Below, piece after piece: positions 36,049 to 46,187 of a DNA stretch of 64,000 bases. The notes beneath the pieces were generated by a model. It was not told the origin of the DNA, did no database searches, and saw only the letters and a program-made list of their open reading frames with translations. Source of the stretch: Clostridia bacterium. GTDB lineage: Bacteria; Bacillota; Clostridia; CAKSNL01; HGM11501. The position numbers and the translations under genes are program-made. The stretch spans positions 32,001 through 96,000 of the forward strand of contig JAZQAZ010000010.1 in assembly GCA_045545475.1 (NCBI GenBank), written 5' to 3'. How positions within the stretch are numbered: the stretch's first letter is position 1; every line of letters begins with the position of its first letter.

Positions 36049-38745
36049 ATGAAAAAAGGTTCTGTTAATAAAAATAAAAAGGCAAGTGTAGCGGAGTTTT
36101 CCGGCTTAAGTTATAAAACCAGGGGAAATTCCGATCCTTTTAATAAGGCCAGAGTATATTTTGCTTGCCACCACAAGGACTTTAAAAAATATTTTAATAT
36201 TATATCCGATGAAATTCTGGAAAAGGAAAACTGTTGTATATGGTACAGAGAAGACAGAGGAGTTTCAGGAAAAGAAGAATTTCTTGAGGAACTGAAACAA
36301 ATGGATTTAATTGTTATACCGGTCACTAAAAATCTTCTCACAACAGAAAATGAAGTGCTTTCTTCGGAATTAAAGTTTGCAACGGAACAGAAAATCCCGG
36401 TATTACCGATTTTAGTTGAAGCAGTATCTGAAAAGGTTTTTAACGAAAAATTCGGAGATATACAGTATCTTGACAGAAAACATGTTGATGAATCAGCTTT
36501 AACATATTCAAAGAAACTCGGGGATTTTCTGGAAAAGATTATTGTTACGGATGATTTGAGAAAAGAAATCTGTGACAATTTTGAAGGCCGTATATTTTTA
36601 AGCTACAGAAAATGCGACAGAGCGCAGGCTACAAAGCTTATGCATATAATACACAAGGAAGAAGGCCTTAAATATGTTGCTGTATGGTATGACGAATTTT
36701 TAAATCTGGGAGAAAATTTTAATGAAAATATAGAAAAAGCTCTGCGTGAAGGGAAACTGTTTGTTATGGCGGTTACGCCCAACACAGTGGAAGGCGGAAA
36801 CTATATTATTACAACAGAATATCCTATGGCGAAAAAGGAAAATAAAATAATAGTGCCCTTTGAAATGGTAGCAACGGACAGAAAAACTCTGGAAAAATGG
36901 TACGAGGGAATACCTTCATGCATAAACGGAAATGATGAGAAGGCCGTTGCAAAAGCTATATTGGAAGAAATGGGAGAGTTTGTCCGAAAGGAAAAAACTG
37001 CAGAGCAGGAATATCTCATGGGAAGTGCATACCTGAGCGGAATAGACGTGGAGGTTGATGCTGAACTTGGATTGAAGCTGATTGAAAACGCCGCAAAAAG
37101 AGGAAGCATAAGAGCAACATGTAAGCTTTCTGACATGTATAGTACCGGAAACGGTGTGGAATATTCACTCAAAAAATCAGCGGAGTGGAGCGAGTGGGAA
37201 ATTAAGCTTCTCAAACAACAGTATTATGACACACGGATTTTTGAAAAATATGCGTTTTTCGTTGATGCATATGTATCTTGTGCAAGGCTTTTAGTATATA
37301 ATGTTAATGATTATAAAAAAGCGAGAAATATGCTTCTTGATGCAATAAAATTTATAGAAGGCTATAAGTCAAGATGCACGGAAAATGAAGATTCGTGTTT
37401 AAAAGACATTGCCGTGTGTAAGCAGGAAATAGGAAGGACCTATTTGTTTGAAGGTAACATGAAGGCTGCCGTAGAATATATTAATTTGGTTGGAGAATAT
37501 TTTTGCAGTAAGTTTAAAGAAAACTTGACGGAAGAAAATTATATCAATCTGGTGGAAAATATCCTGCTTAAAATGGATTGCTTTGACGTCAAAGAAGACA
37601 AAAGCATCATAGATGAGTGCGAAATCCTTTTGGGTTCTGTAGAAGCAGCAGTGAAATTGTTTTCATCAGAAGTGAGTAAGAATCTTTACGAAAAGGCATG
37701 CTTTAAGATGGTAAAGCTTCTGGATGAGGCAGGAGAAAATGAAAGGTGTATTGAGTTTTGTGAAAAATGGGTTGATTTTTCACGCAGCTTAATGGAAGAA
37801 TTTGGAGACATAACATATAAGACTAATTTTATAAAAGCATTGTGTTCCTTGGGAGAAAGCTATTATTGCAGCGAAAAATGTGAAAAAGCCATAGAATGTT
37901 TCAATGAAGTTATGAGACTTTCTTACGAAATAGGAAAAAAGAATATAATAGATAGTGTGCTAAGAGAACAGATAAAAGCTTGTGCTTTTATTGTAGACTA
38001 TAGCCATGAAAAGAAGGAAAATGAAAAGAAAGCTCTTGAGTATTCCTTGAAAGGAATGGAGTATTCCAATAAGATAAAAGACGTTTCGGTAGAAGATTAT
38101 AAATACAGACTGGCCTTTTTGGATATCATTAAGCGGGTTTACAGGGAAATGAGAAAATTCAGGGATGCACAGAAGTATTATGAACAATTTATTGAAGTCT
38201 ATGAAATGCTTTTAATCTTTGATAATGATTTTTCCAAAAAAGTCGAAAAAATAAATGATTTAGGTGTGGCTTATGATGAATTGGGAGAATTGTATGAGGA
38301 GCATGGAGATTATAAAAAAGCATTAAATTGTTACAAAAAAGCTCTTAAAAAATTTAATGAAGCTGAAAAAAAGGATGATGCTGTCAAGATACTTAAGGAT
38401 ACGGCAATATGCGGGATGAAACTTTACGAAATCTATATAAAGCTTAATGATCTTTCAAATGCATATGAAAGCATTCTTATTACGGAGAAATATTGTGAAA
38501 GAGTAAATAAGGTTGAAAAAAGTGTGCAAAGCCTGACTTCACTTTCTTTCTGCTATGCGGCACTTGCTACTTTTTATTCAGGCAGTATAAAGAAAATTGA
38601 AGATCCCGTGCGTTCCGAAGAATATGGAAAAAAACTCAAGAAAATTGCAGAGGAACTTAAGGGATGCGACCTTAAAGGATATATAGAAACTCAAAAAAAT
38701 AAAATGAAGAAAAGGGGATATTTAGGGTGGACGAAAAAAGAGTAA
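36049..38745 (+). CDS. tandem TIR-domain protein with Sel1/TPR repeats
   Basis: TIR-1 RVYFACH...SSELKFA..IPVLPI; TIR-2 IFLSYRK..VWYDEFL..TTEYPMA..IVPF; followed by Sel1 and TPR helices; ATG 36049 after AAGGGG. Confidence 0.8.
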   Translation: MKKGSVNKNKKASVAEFSGLSYKTRGNSDPFNKARVYFACHHKDFKKYFNIISDEILEKENCCIWYREDRGVSGKEEFLEELKQMDLIVIPVTKNLLTTENEVLSSELKFATEQKIPVLPILVEAVSEKVFNEKFGDIQYLDRKHVDESALTYSKKLGDFLEKIIVTDDLRKEICDNFEGRIFLSYRKCDRAQATKLMHIIHKEEGLKYVAVWYDEFLNLGENFNENIEKALREGKLFVMAVTPNTVEGGNYIITTEYPMAKKENKIIVPFEMVATDRKTLEKWYEGIPSCINGNDEKAVAKAILEEMGEFVRKEKTAEQEYLMGSAYLSGIDVEVDAELGLKLIENAAKRGSIRATCKLSDMYSTGNGVEYSLKKSAEWSEWEIKLLKQQYYDTRIFEKYAFFVDAYVSCARLLVYNVNDYKKARNMLLDAIKFIEGYKSRCTENEDSCLKDIAVCKQEIGRTYLFEGNMKAAVEYINLVGEYFCSKFKENLTEENYINLVENILLKMDCFDVKEDKSIIDECEILLGSVEAAVKLFSSEVSKNLYEKACFKMVKLLDEAGENERCIEFCEKWVDFSRSLMEEFGDITYKTNFIKALCSLGESYYCSEKCEKAIECFNEVMRLSYEIGKKNIIDSVLREQIKACAFIVDYSHEKKENEKKALEYSLKGMEYSNKIKDVSVEDYKYRLAFLDIIKRVYREMRKFRDAQKYYEQFIEVYEMLLIFDNDFSKKVEKINDLGVAYDELGELYEEHGDYKKALNCYKKALKKFNEAEKKDDAVKILKDTAICGMKLYEIYIKLNDLSNAYESILITEKYCERVNKVEKSVQSLTSLSFCYAALATFYSGSIKKIEDPVRSEEYGKKLKKIAEELKGCDLKGYIETQKNKMKKRGYLGWTKKE

Positions 38746-39956
38746 AAGTAATTTACGACGAGGTAATGGACAAAATCAAAAATGTGCATATTGCTTGCTT
38801 TAAGGACATGGAAAAGCCGCTGTTCTTGATTTCCGAGCAATATCCCGGCCTTTGGATGGAGCATACATATGATTCCGTTTTCTTTGCGAAAATGGAGCCT
38901 TCTTATATTGAAACGGCGGAAAGCGCGATAAATCTTTTTATCGACAGACAAAAAGAAAACGGACAACTTCCGTTTACCGTTATGGACGGAAACAAGCGTC
39001 CCGGACTTCCGCCTGAAAAAATGGTAGGCTTCGGCCAGATTCAGGAATGTGTATCATTCTTAACTCTTGCTCTTGAAGTTTATGAGATGAACAAAAACAT
39101 TGCTTTTCTCCAAAAGGTTTATGATGCGGGAGTAAAGTGGAATAAGTGGTTCAGAACTTACAGAATGACCACCGGCCGTGGGCTTATTGAAATGTTTGTG
39201 GGTTTTGATACGGGACATGATAACAGCGGAAGACTCACCGGCATGGCATGTAAGGGGAACAACTCCGTAAACGGTGTTACGCAGACAGCGGATGTGCTTC
39301 CTCCTGATGACGGAATTACACCGATTCTTGCGGTTGATATGAACTGTAACTTCTATGCAGATGAAGTAGCACTTTCCAAAATGGCGGAAATTTTGGGAAA
39401 AACGAAAGAAGCCGATGCTTGGGCAAAATCTGCTGCAGAAGTAAAGAAAAAGCTTTTTGAGCATTGCTACGACGAAAAAGATGCTTTCTTCTATGACGTT
39501 GACAGAAACGGCAATAAACGTAAGTTTAAGTCAAGTACAATCTTCCATCTGTTCCTTGAAAAGGTTTTGGATAAGGATGAAGACAAGGAAATAATTGAAA
39601 GAATTTATAAAGAGCACATTAAAAATCCCGAAGAATTCTGGACGAATTATCCTTTCCCGTCAATGGCTATAAACGATCCTTCTGTTGAAGGCCACAAGGA
39701 CTTTAACTGCTGGGGCTATTACACTCAAGGGTTGATTGTCCTTCGTTGCTCACGCTGGATGGACTATTACGGATGGAGCGAGGACTATGAATATATTTTA
39801 AGTAAGTGGCTTGAAACGTGGACCAAGCATTATGATGAAATAAAAATGGCACAGGAAATAGACCCAATAACAGGAGTTCCTACAAAATCATCCGAATGGT
39901 ATTCAAGCTGTATGCTAAACTATGTATATGCAGCAAGAAGACTGGGTTTGGTGTGA
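38727..39956 (+). CDS. (alpha/alpha)6 glycoside hydrolase-like protein (GH63/MGH1/trehalase-like)
   Basis: W.EH..DS, DTGHDNS, VDMNC, FFYDVD, EFWTNYPFPS pattern; substrate unknown. Confidence 0.65.
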   Translation: MDEKRVKVIYDEVMDKIKNVHIACFKDMEKPLFLISEQYPGLWMEHTYDSVFFAKMEPSYIETAESAINLFIDRQKENGQLPFTVMDGNKRPGLPPEKMVGFGQIQECVSFLTLALEVYEMNKNIAFLQKVYDAGVKWNKWFRTYRMTTGRGLIEMFVGFDTGHDNSGRLTGMACKGNNSVNGVTQTADVLPPDDGITPILAVDMNCNFYADEVALSKMAEILGKTKEADAWAKSAAEVKKKLFEHCYDEKDAFFYDVDRNGNKRKFKSSTIFHLFLEKVLDKDEDKEIIERIYKEHIKNPEEFWTNYPFPSMAINDPSVEGHKDFNCWGYYTQGLIVLRCSRWMDYYGWSEDYEYILSKWLETWTKHYDEIKMAQEIDPITGVPTKSSEWYSSCMLNYVYAARRLGLV

Positions 39957-39960
39957 GAAA

Positions 39961-40004
39961 ATAAAAAAACATTCGGTCGCCACCGGCGACCGAATGTTTT
40001 TTAT
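39961..40004. terminator. bidirectional intrinsic terminator
   Basis: AAAAAAACATTCGGTCGCC-ACC-GGCGACCGAATGTTTTTT between convergent genes. Confidence 0.85.
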
Positions 40005-42233
40005 TTATACTTCATCGTGGAATGTTCTGCTTATTACTTCAAGCTGTTGTTCCTTTGAAAGTCTGTGGAAGTTTACGGCGTATCCTGAAACTCTTATGGT
40101 GAGCATGGGATACTTTTCGGGATGTTCATAGGCTTCCATCAGTGTTTCTCTGCTTAATACGTTTACGTTAAGATGCTGTGCACTCTGACAGAAATATCCG
40201 TCAAGGATGTTTACAAGATTTGTTATTCTGGAATTCATGTCCTTGCCGAGAGCTTCTGGCACGATGGAGAAAGTATTTGAAACACCGTCCTGGCAAACAT
40301 CTCTGTAGGGAATTTTAGCAACGGAGGAAAGGGAGGCCAGAGCTCCTGAAATATCTCTTCCGTGCATGGGATTGGCACCGGGAGCCAAAGGCTCTCCTGC
40401 CTTACGTCCGTCAGGTGTGCTGCCTGTTTTCTTTCCGTACATAACATTGCTTGTGATGGTAAGAACCGAGAGAGTATGCTTTGCATCTCTGTAAAGCTTA
40501 TGCTTTTTAAGCTCGTGAATAAATCGGGTTACAATATGAACGCCGATGGAGTCGACATCGTCATCGTTATTTCCGTATTTTGGGAAATCTCCCGTAATTT
40601 CAAAATCAACAGCAACGCCCTGTTCATTTCTTATAGGACGAACCTTTGCAAACTTTATTGCAGACAAGCTGTCTGTTGCAACAGATAAACCTGCAACTCC
40701 GAAGGCCATAAGTCTTTCCGGATCGGTATCGTGAAGAGCGAGCTGGCTTGCCTCATAAGCGTATTTATCGTGCATATAGTGAATGATGTTATTGGCATTC
40801 ACATAAAGCTTTGCTACTTCCTTAAGCACCTTTTTGTAGTTTGCCCATACGGACTCAAAGGATAAATATTCATCGGTTATGGGTTCTATGCCGGGAACAA
40901 CCAAAGCTCCGGTCTTTTCGTCAACACCGCCGTTTATTGCATATAAAAGGCTCTTCGCAAGGTTACATCTTGCACCGAAGAACTGCATCTGCTTGCCCAT
41001 ACGCATAGCAGATACACAGCATGCAATGGCGTAGTCGTCGCCGTATATGGGACGCATAACATCGTCATTTTCATACTGAATGGAGTCTGTTTTTATGGAA
41101 ATTTCCGCACAGTATTTTTTGAAGTTTTCGGGAAGGTGCTCATCCCACAAAACTGTGAGGTTAGGCTCGGGAGAAGACCCTAAGTTTATGAGAGTATGAA
41201 GATAACGGAAAGAGTTTTTGGTAACAAGGCTCTGACCGTTAATTCCAAGACCTCCGACAGATTCTGTTACCCAGGTGGGATCTCCGCCGAACAGCTCATT
41301 GTAATCGGGAGTACGAAGATGTCTTACCAAACGAAGCTTTATAATAAGCTGATCAATTAATTCCTGTGCTTCTTCCTCTGTAATTATTCCTGCCTCAAGG
41401 TCTCTTTCGATGTATATATCAAGGAATGTGGAGGTTCTGCCGAGGGAAGTTGCGGCACCGTTGTTTTCCTTTATGCCGGCAAGATATGCCATATAAAGGG
41501 ACTGGACAGCGTCCTTTGCAGATACTGCAGCATTTTTTATATCAACGCCATAGCTTGCAGCCATTTTTTCCATATCGGAAAGAGCTTTTATCTGCATTGC
41601 AATTTCTTCACGGAGTCTTATGGTGTAATCGTTCATTTCTCCGTCAAGTTCCATAAGCTCTTTTTTCTTTTCTTCGATAAGTCTTGCTGTGCCGTAAAGA
41701 GCAACACGGCGATAGTCGCCGATGATTCTGCCTCTGCCGTATGCATCGGGAAGACCTGTGATGAGGCCTGCATGACGCGCAACTCTTACGGATTCGGGAT
41801 AAGCATCAAAAACGCCCTGGTTGTGAGTTTTTCTGTATTCTGAAAAATGCTCATGGATTTTTTCGTCCATCTCATAGCCATAGGCAGCCAGGCTTTTTTC
41901 CACCATACGCATGCCGCCATAGGGGTTAATCATACGCTTTAAGGGAGCGTCTGTCTGAAGACCTACAATAACTTCGTTTTCTTTGTCGATATATCCGGGT
42001 TCAAAGTTACATATACCTGAAATTCTCTCGGTATCAACGTCCAAAACCCCTCCGTTCTCCAGCTCCTTAGCCAAAAGCTTAACACATTTTGACCACACCT
42101 TTTTGGTTTTTTCGGTGGGGGGAGAAAGAAATGAGGAGTCGCCCACATATTCGGTATAATTTCTCTGTATGAAATCGCGTACATCAATTTCACGTTCCCA
42201 TTTTCCGCCTTTAAATAATTTTCTTTCTGACAT
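40005..42233 (-). CDS. pflB: pyruvate formate-lyase
   Basis: IACCVS active-site Cys pair, TIRVSGYAV glycyl radical loop; RBS GGAGGT. Confidence 0.96.
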   Translation of the reverse strand: MSERKLFKGGKWEREIDVRDFIQRNYTEYVGDSSFLSPPTEKTKKVWSKCVKLLAKELENGGVLDVDTERISGICNFEPGYIDKENEVIVGLQTDAPLKRMINPYGGMRMVEKSLAAYGYEMDEKIHEHFSEYRKTHNQGVFDAYPESVRVARHAGLITGLPDAYGRGRIIGDYRRVALYGTARLIEEKKKELMELDGEMNDYTIRLREEIAMQIKALSDMEKMAASYGVDIKNAAVSAKDAVQSLYMAYLAGIKENNGAATSLGRTSTFLDIYIERDLEAGIITEEEAQELIDQLIIKLRLVRHLRTPDYNELFGGDPTWVTESVGGLGINGQSLVTKNSFRYLHTLINLGSSPEPNLTVLWDEHLPENFKKYCAEISIKTDSIQYENDDVMRPIYGDDYAIACCVSAMRMGKQMQFFGARCNLAKSLLYAINGGVDEKTGALVVPGIEPITDEYLSFESVWANYKKVLKEVAKLYVNANNIIHYMHDKYAYEASQLALHDTDPERLMAFGVAGLSVATDSLSAIKFAKVRPIRNEQGVAVDFEITGDFPKYGNNDDDVDSIGVHIVTRFIHELKKHKLYRDAKHTLSVLTITSNVMYGKKTGSTPDGRKAGEPLAPGANPMHGRDISGALASLSSVAKIPYRDVCQDGVSNTFSIVPEALGKDMNSRITNLVNILDGYFCQSAQHLNVNVLSRETLMEAYEHPEKYPMLTIRVSGYAVNFHRLSKEQQLEVISRTFHDEV

Positions 42234-42246
42234 GGCAACTACCTCC

Positions 42247-42963
42247 TTATAAGGTTTTAAAATGTTTTTCATAAAGCATTTTGCATTTTTCTTTATCCAT
42301 TGCAGGAATGTTTTCCATGGGAATTTTAAGTCCCATGGTTTTATATTTGTGCTGACCTAAAAGATGATAAGGTAAAAGCTCAACGCTTTTCGCTGAAGGA
42401 ATGTTCTCCTTTATGTACTCTTTCAGGGAATGCATATATTCGTCTGTATCGTTATAGACCGGGATTACAACCTGACGTACTATGGTTTTGGTCATGGTCT
42501 TTTTAAGAGCCTTTTGAAACTCTTCGGTTTTCTGTATTTCCTGTCCGCAAAGCTTTTTGTACTTATCAGGCTCTATAGCTTTTACATCATATAAAACAAG
42601 ATCGGTGAGGGAGAGGATTTTGTCATAATCGCCCGTTCCGACTCCTGCTGTGTCCAGACACGTATGAATGTCTTCGGCTTTTAATCTTTTGAATAAGTCA
42701 ATTAAAAAATCTTTCTGTAAAAGCGGTTCTCCGCCCGATGCGGTTACTCCGCCACCACTTTTGTCAAAATACGGCTTTAGCTTAATGAGCTTTTTTGAAA
42801 GTGATTCAGAATCAATTTCACTGCCTTTGTTACAATCCCAGCTTTCAGGATTGTGACAAAACCGACAACGAAGATTGCATCCCTGGAAAAACACCACGGC
42901 ACGGATTCCCGGGCCGTCAACAAGTCCCATTGACTCCAGAGAATGAATTTTCCCCTTTACCAT
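42247..42963 (-). CDS. pflA: pyruvate formate-lyase activating enzyme
   Basis: [29 protein letters not shown]. Confidence 0.95.
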   Translation of the reverse strand: MVKGKIHSLESMGLVDGPGIRAVVFFQGCNLRCRFCHNPESWDCNKGSEIDSESLSKKLIKLKPYFDKSGGGVTASGGEPLLQKDFLIDLFKRLKAEDIHTCLDTAGVGTGDYDKILSLTDLVLYDVKAIEPDKYKKLCGQEIQKTEEFQKALKKTMTKTIVRQVVIPVYNDTDEYMHSLKEYIKENIPSAKSVELLPYHLLGQHKYKTMGLKIPMENIPAMDKEKCKMLYEKHFKTL

Positions 42964-43033
42964 TACGACCGTCCTTTCTTTGATATTTTCCGGATTTCTG
43001 CATAAAAAATGCAGGCCGGAGGACATTGAAGTG

Positions 43034-43101
43034 TGCCCAGACGGTCGGCAAATAAAGTCATACTCCCCGTGGTTATTCCACTTCCGTCAGTCATATGACA
43101 G
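43034..43101 (-). ncRNA. ZMP/ZTP (pfl) riboswitch
   Basis: Minus strand GUCAUAUGACUGACGGAAGUGG...CCACGGGGAGUAUGAC...GCCGACCGUCUGGGCA matches the pfl RNA consensus; upstream of pflA-pflB. Confidence 0.92.
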
Positions 43102-43106
43102 TTACT

Positions 43107-43135
43107 ATTATATATGACAAAAATCGATTTGTCAA
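43107..43135 (-). promoter_or_regulatory. sigma-A promoter of pflAB
   Basis: TTGACA-N17-TATAAT on the minus strand, just upstream of the riboswitch. Confidence 0.85.
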
Positions 43136-43179
43136 TACATATTGTATGTTTTTTAAAAAATAAATACTATATATAGTGT
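43132..43179. promoter_or_regulatory. putative tandem NrdR boxes
   Basis: ACACTATATATAGTAT (43179-43164) and ATACAATATGTATTGA (43147-43132), 32 bp apart. Confidence 0.6.
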
Positions 43180-43235
43180 TTTTACATAAAAATAAGGCAC
43201 TTTAAACAAAGCACCTTATTTTGAGCTGTTTAATT

Positions 43236-44102
43236 TTAATCATTTGACCATCTTCCATATATGCCGCAGGGGAGAATGATGGGGGAGTTTTTAACGGGGA
43301 GGCCAACTTCACCGGAAGTGATATTCCCCTTAAATCTGGAGCCAACTGTTATATGCAATATGTTTTCCAACACCGTGGATGAGAGGCCTGTTGTATAGGA
43401 GTTGATGAGGAAAAATAAGGGATTGTCCGAAAGAACTTTTGAGCAAAGTGCAACAAGGTCAAAAAGGTTTTCTTCCAAGCTCCACACTTCTTTTCCGGCA
43501 CCTCTGCCGTATGAAGGGGGATCCATTACAATCGCATCGTATGTATTTCCGCGTCTGATCTCACGCTCAACAAACTTCCTTACATCGTCAATTATAAATC
43601 GCATTGGCTTGTCAGCAAGTCCTGAAAGGGCAACATTTTCCTTTGCCCAGGAGGTCATACCCTTGGAGCTGTCTACGTGACATACAAAAGCTCCTGCAGA
43701 AAGGCAAGCAACAGTAGCTCCGCCTGTATATGCAAACAGGTTAAGAACTCTGATTGGACGGCCGGCATTTTTTATTTTATCAATCATATAATCCCAGTTC
43801 ACAGCTTGTTCCGGGAAAAGGCCTGTGTGCTTAAAGCCCATGGGTTTTACGTAAAATGACAGATTTTTATAGTTTATCTGCCATTTATCGGGAAGCGGTT
43901 TAAAATATTCCCATCTGCCGCCGCCGGATGAGGAACGTATATAGTGAGCGGTTGCCGTTTTTAAGTAATTTTCCTTTGACTGTTTCGGCCATATAACCTG
44001 AGGGTCGGGACGAATAAGTAAAAAATCTCCCCAGCGCTCAACTTTTTCTCCGTCATAAAGGTCAATTATTTCATAATCTTTCCATTCGTTTGCTAATTTC
44101 AT
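43236..44102 (-). CDS. class I SAM-dependent methyltransferase (RlmI/YwbD-like)
   Basis: HTGLFPEQ, LNLFAYTGG, MDPPSYG. Confidence 0.85.
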   Translation of the reverse strand: MKLANEWKDYEIIDLYDGEKVERWGDFLLIRPDPQVIWPKQSKENYLKTATAHYIRSSSGGGRWEYFKPLPDKWQINYKNLSFYVKPMGFKHTGLFPEQAVNWDYMIDKIKNAGRPIRVLNLFAYTGGATVACLSAGAFVCHVDSSKGMTSWAKENVALSGLADKPMRFIIDDVRKFVEREIRRGNTYDAIVMDPPSYGRGAGKEVWSLEENLFDLVALCSKVLSDNPLFFLINSYTTGLSSTVLENILHITVGSRFKGNITSGEVGLPVKNSPIILPCGIYGRWSND

Positions 44103-44121
44103 CAGAAAATTCCTTTCCTTT

Positions 44122-45033
44122 TCATAATGCAAAGGGTTCTTTTATTTCAAAGACCTTATCTTTTAAGTAATTAAGCTTTCCCGCATCCGAGGTGAAAGCA
44201 AATGCTAATCTGAAAGCACAAAGCTTTTGTGTTCCCTTGCCGCCGCCATACTTGAAATCGCCATATAAAGGATGACCGATTGAGGCCATGTGTGCTCTTA
44301 TCTGATGGGAGCGACCGGTAAAAAGCTCAATCTCAAGCAAAGAATGTTTATCGTTACTTGAAAGAACCTTGTATCCGGTTTTAACCGAAAGAGAACCTTT
44401 CTTCTCGGTTTTTATAATTTGGGAAACATTTTTTGCTTTATCTTTAAGTATATAGCCTTTTAGTATATCGGCTTTTTTATCGGGCACACCGACTGCGATG
44501 CAACGATAAAACTTCTTTATTTCTCTGGTTTTGATTTTTTCGTTTAAGATCCTTAAAGCCTCGGCGTTTTTTGCGGCAATTATCAATCCTGATGTATTTA
44601 CATCAAGCCTGTTGCAGATGGCAGGGGCAAAGGTGTTTTCGAGTGCCGGGTTATATTCACCCTTGTTCAGAAGATAGCTTTTAACATATTCGGAAACTGC
44701 ATTTTCTCCCTTTTTATCCGGTTGACTTTTTAAGCCCTCGGGTTTGTTTATAAGTAAAATATCTTCATTTTCGTAAACCACATCCAGCAAAAACGGTTCG
44801 GCGGGTAAAAAAGCTTCCTCTTTTAACGGCTTGAAGAAGGAATCATCAATAAAAAACGAGACCGTGTCTCCGGTGCATAGGATATAGCTGCCGTCCTTTT
44901 TCTTTTTATTTACCTTGATATGGCCGGTTCTTAAAAACTTGTATAAAAGGGCTCTTGGAATATCGGCAATTTTGGATATGTATTTATCAAGACGCTGAGA
45001 TGCGTCGTTTTCATTTGCTACAAAGCTTTTCAT
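44122..45033 (-). CDS. RluA/RluC-family pseudouridine synthase
   Basis: S4-like N-terminus RLDKY, NRLDVNTSG catalytic Asp, TGRSHQIR, GDFKYG. Confidence 0.9.
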   Translation of the reverse strand: MKSFVANENDASQRLDKYISKIADIPRALLYKFLRTGHIKVNKKKKDGSYILCTGDTVSFFIDDSFFKPLKEEAFLPAEPFLLDVVYENEDILLINKPEGLKSQPDKKGENAVSEYVKSYLLNKGEYNPALENTFAPAICNRLDVNTSGLIIAAKNAEALRILNEKIKTREIKKFYRCIAVGVPDKKADILKGYILKDKAKNVSQIIKTEKKGSLSVKTGYKVLSSNDKHSLLEIELFTGRSHQIRAHMASIGHPLYGDFKYGGGKGTQKLCAFRLAFAFTSDAGKLNYLKDKVFEIKEPFAL

Positions 45034-45094
45034 AAAAACCTCCGCAAAAAATCCTCTAATAATTCTAACATGAAATAAAATAAAAAGCAATATA

Positions 45095-45186
45095 AAAATG
45101 CAAAAAACACAGTTGGGGAAACTGTGTTTTTGCTATAATGAGATATAGGAGAGGAAAATGAAAAACTTGTAAGGTGAAACCTTACG
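45095..45186 (-). ncRNA. candidate small RNA
   Basis: TATAAT at 45194-45189, 5' hairpin, CU-rich anti-RBS stretch, terminator hairpin 45133-45100. Confidence 0.45.
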
Positions 45187-45338
45187 ATATTATATTAACA
45201 TACGATTGTTAAAGAAGTATAGCCTAAATAAGAACAAAATGTTAATTTTAAATTAGCAGAGAAATTATTTTTACATATTGCAAAAGACAATAAAAAATGG
45301 TATAATATTATGATATCTTTTATGTTGTGGTGACTTAT

Positions 45339-46187
45339 ATGATAAAAGTGGAAAAATTGAAAGCTAAATACGGAGAAGATGAAGAAATAAAAATTGTTAT
45401 TCACGGAATTGACCTTGAGATAGAAAAAGGAAAGTTCGTGGCAATTTTAGGCCATAACGGATGCGGGAAAAGTACCCTCGCAAAGCATTTTAACGGCATA
45501 CTTTTACCATACTCGGGAAAAGTTACCGTTGAAGGAATGGATACCTCGGACGAGAGTGAAATTTATAACATCAGACAGAAAACCGGAATGGTGTTTCAGA
45601 ATCCAGACAATCAGATGGTATCCTCCATTGTTGAAGATGATGTTGCGTTTGCTCCGGAAAATCTCGGAGTTCCCCGTGAGGAAATAAGGCAAAGAGTGGA
45701 TTTTGCACTTAAAGCGGTGGGAATGTATGAACACCGCCATAAAACTCCTCAAACTCTTTCCGGAGGACAGAAGCAGAGAGTTGCCATTGCCGGAATTATT
45801 GCCATGAGACCTGATTATATTGTTCTTGATGAGCCTACAGCCATGCTTGATCCAAAGGGCAGAGAAGAAGTTATGAAAACCGTTTTGAAACTTAATAAGG
45901 AAAACGGAATAACCGTGGTTATGATAACTCATTTTATGAACGAAGCTGCCATGGCAGACCGTGTGATTGTTATGGATAAAGGTCTCATTAAAATGGATGG
46001 AACGCCAAAGGAAATTTTTGCCCGTAACGAAGAACTTACTGCCCTGGGACTTTCGGTGCCACAGGGAGCAATGCTTATATATGAGCTGAAAAAACGGGGC
46101 GTTTCCATCAACAGCGATGCAATAACTGTTGATGAATGTGTAAATGACCTTGTTGCATTTTATAAAAGCAAGGAGGCGGGAAAATGA
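45339..46187 (+). CDS. ecfA1: ECF transporter ATPase A1
   Basis: GHNGCGKST, FQNPDNQ, LSGGQKQR, DEPTAMLD. Confidence 0.92.
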   Translation: MIKVEKLKAKYGEDEEIKIVIHGIDLEIEKGKFVAILGHNGCGKSTLAKHFNGILLPYSGKVTVEGMDTSDESEIYNIRQKTGMVFQNPDNQMVSSIVEDDVAFAPENLGVPREEIRQRVDFALKAVGMYEHRHKTPQTLSGGQKQRVAIAGIIAMRPDYIVLDEPTAMLDPKGREEVMKTVLKLNKENGITVVMITHFMNEAAMADRVIVMDKGLIKMDGTPKEIFARNEELTALGLSVPQGAMLIYELKKRGVSINSDAITVDECVNDLVAFYKSKEAGK

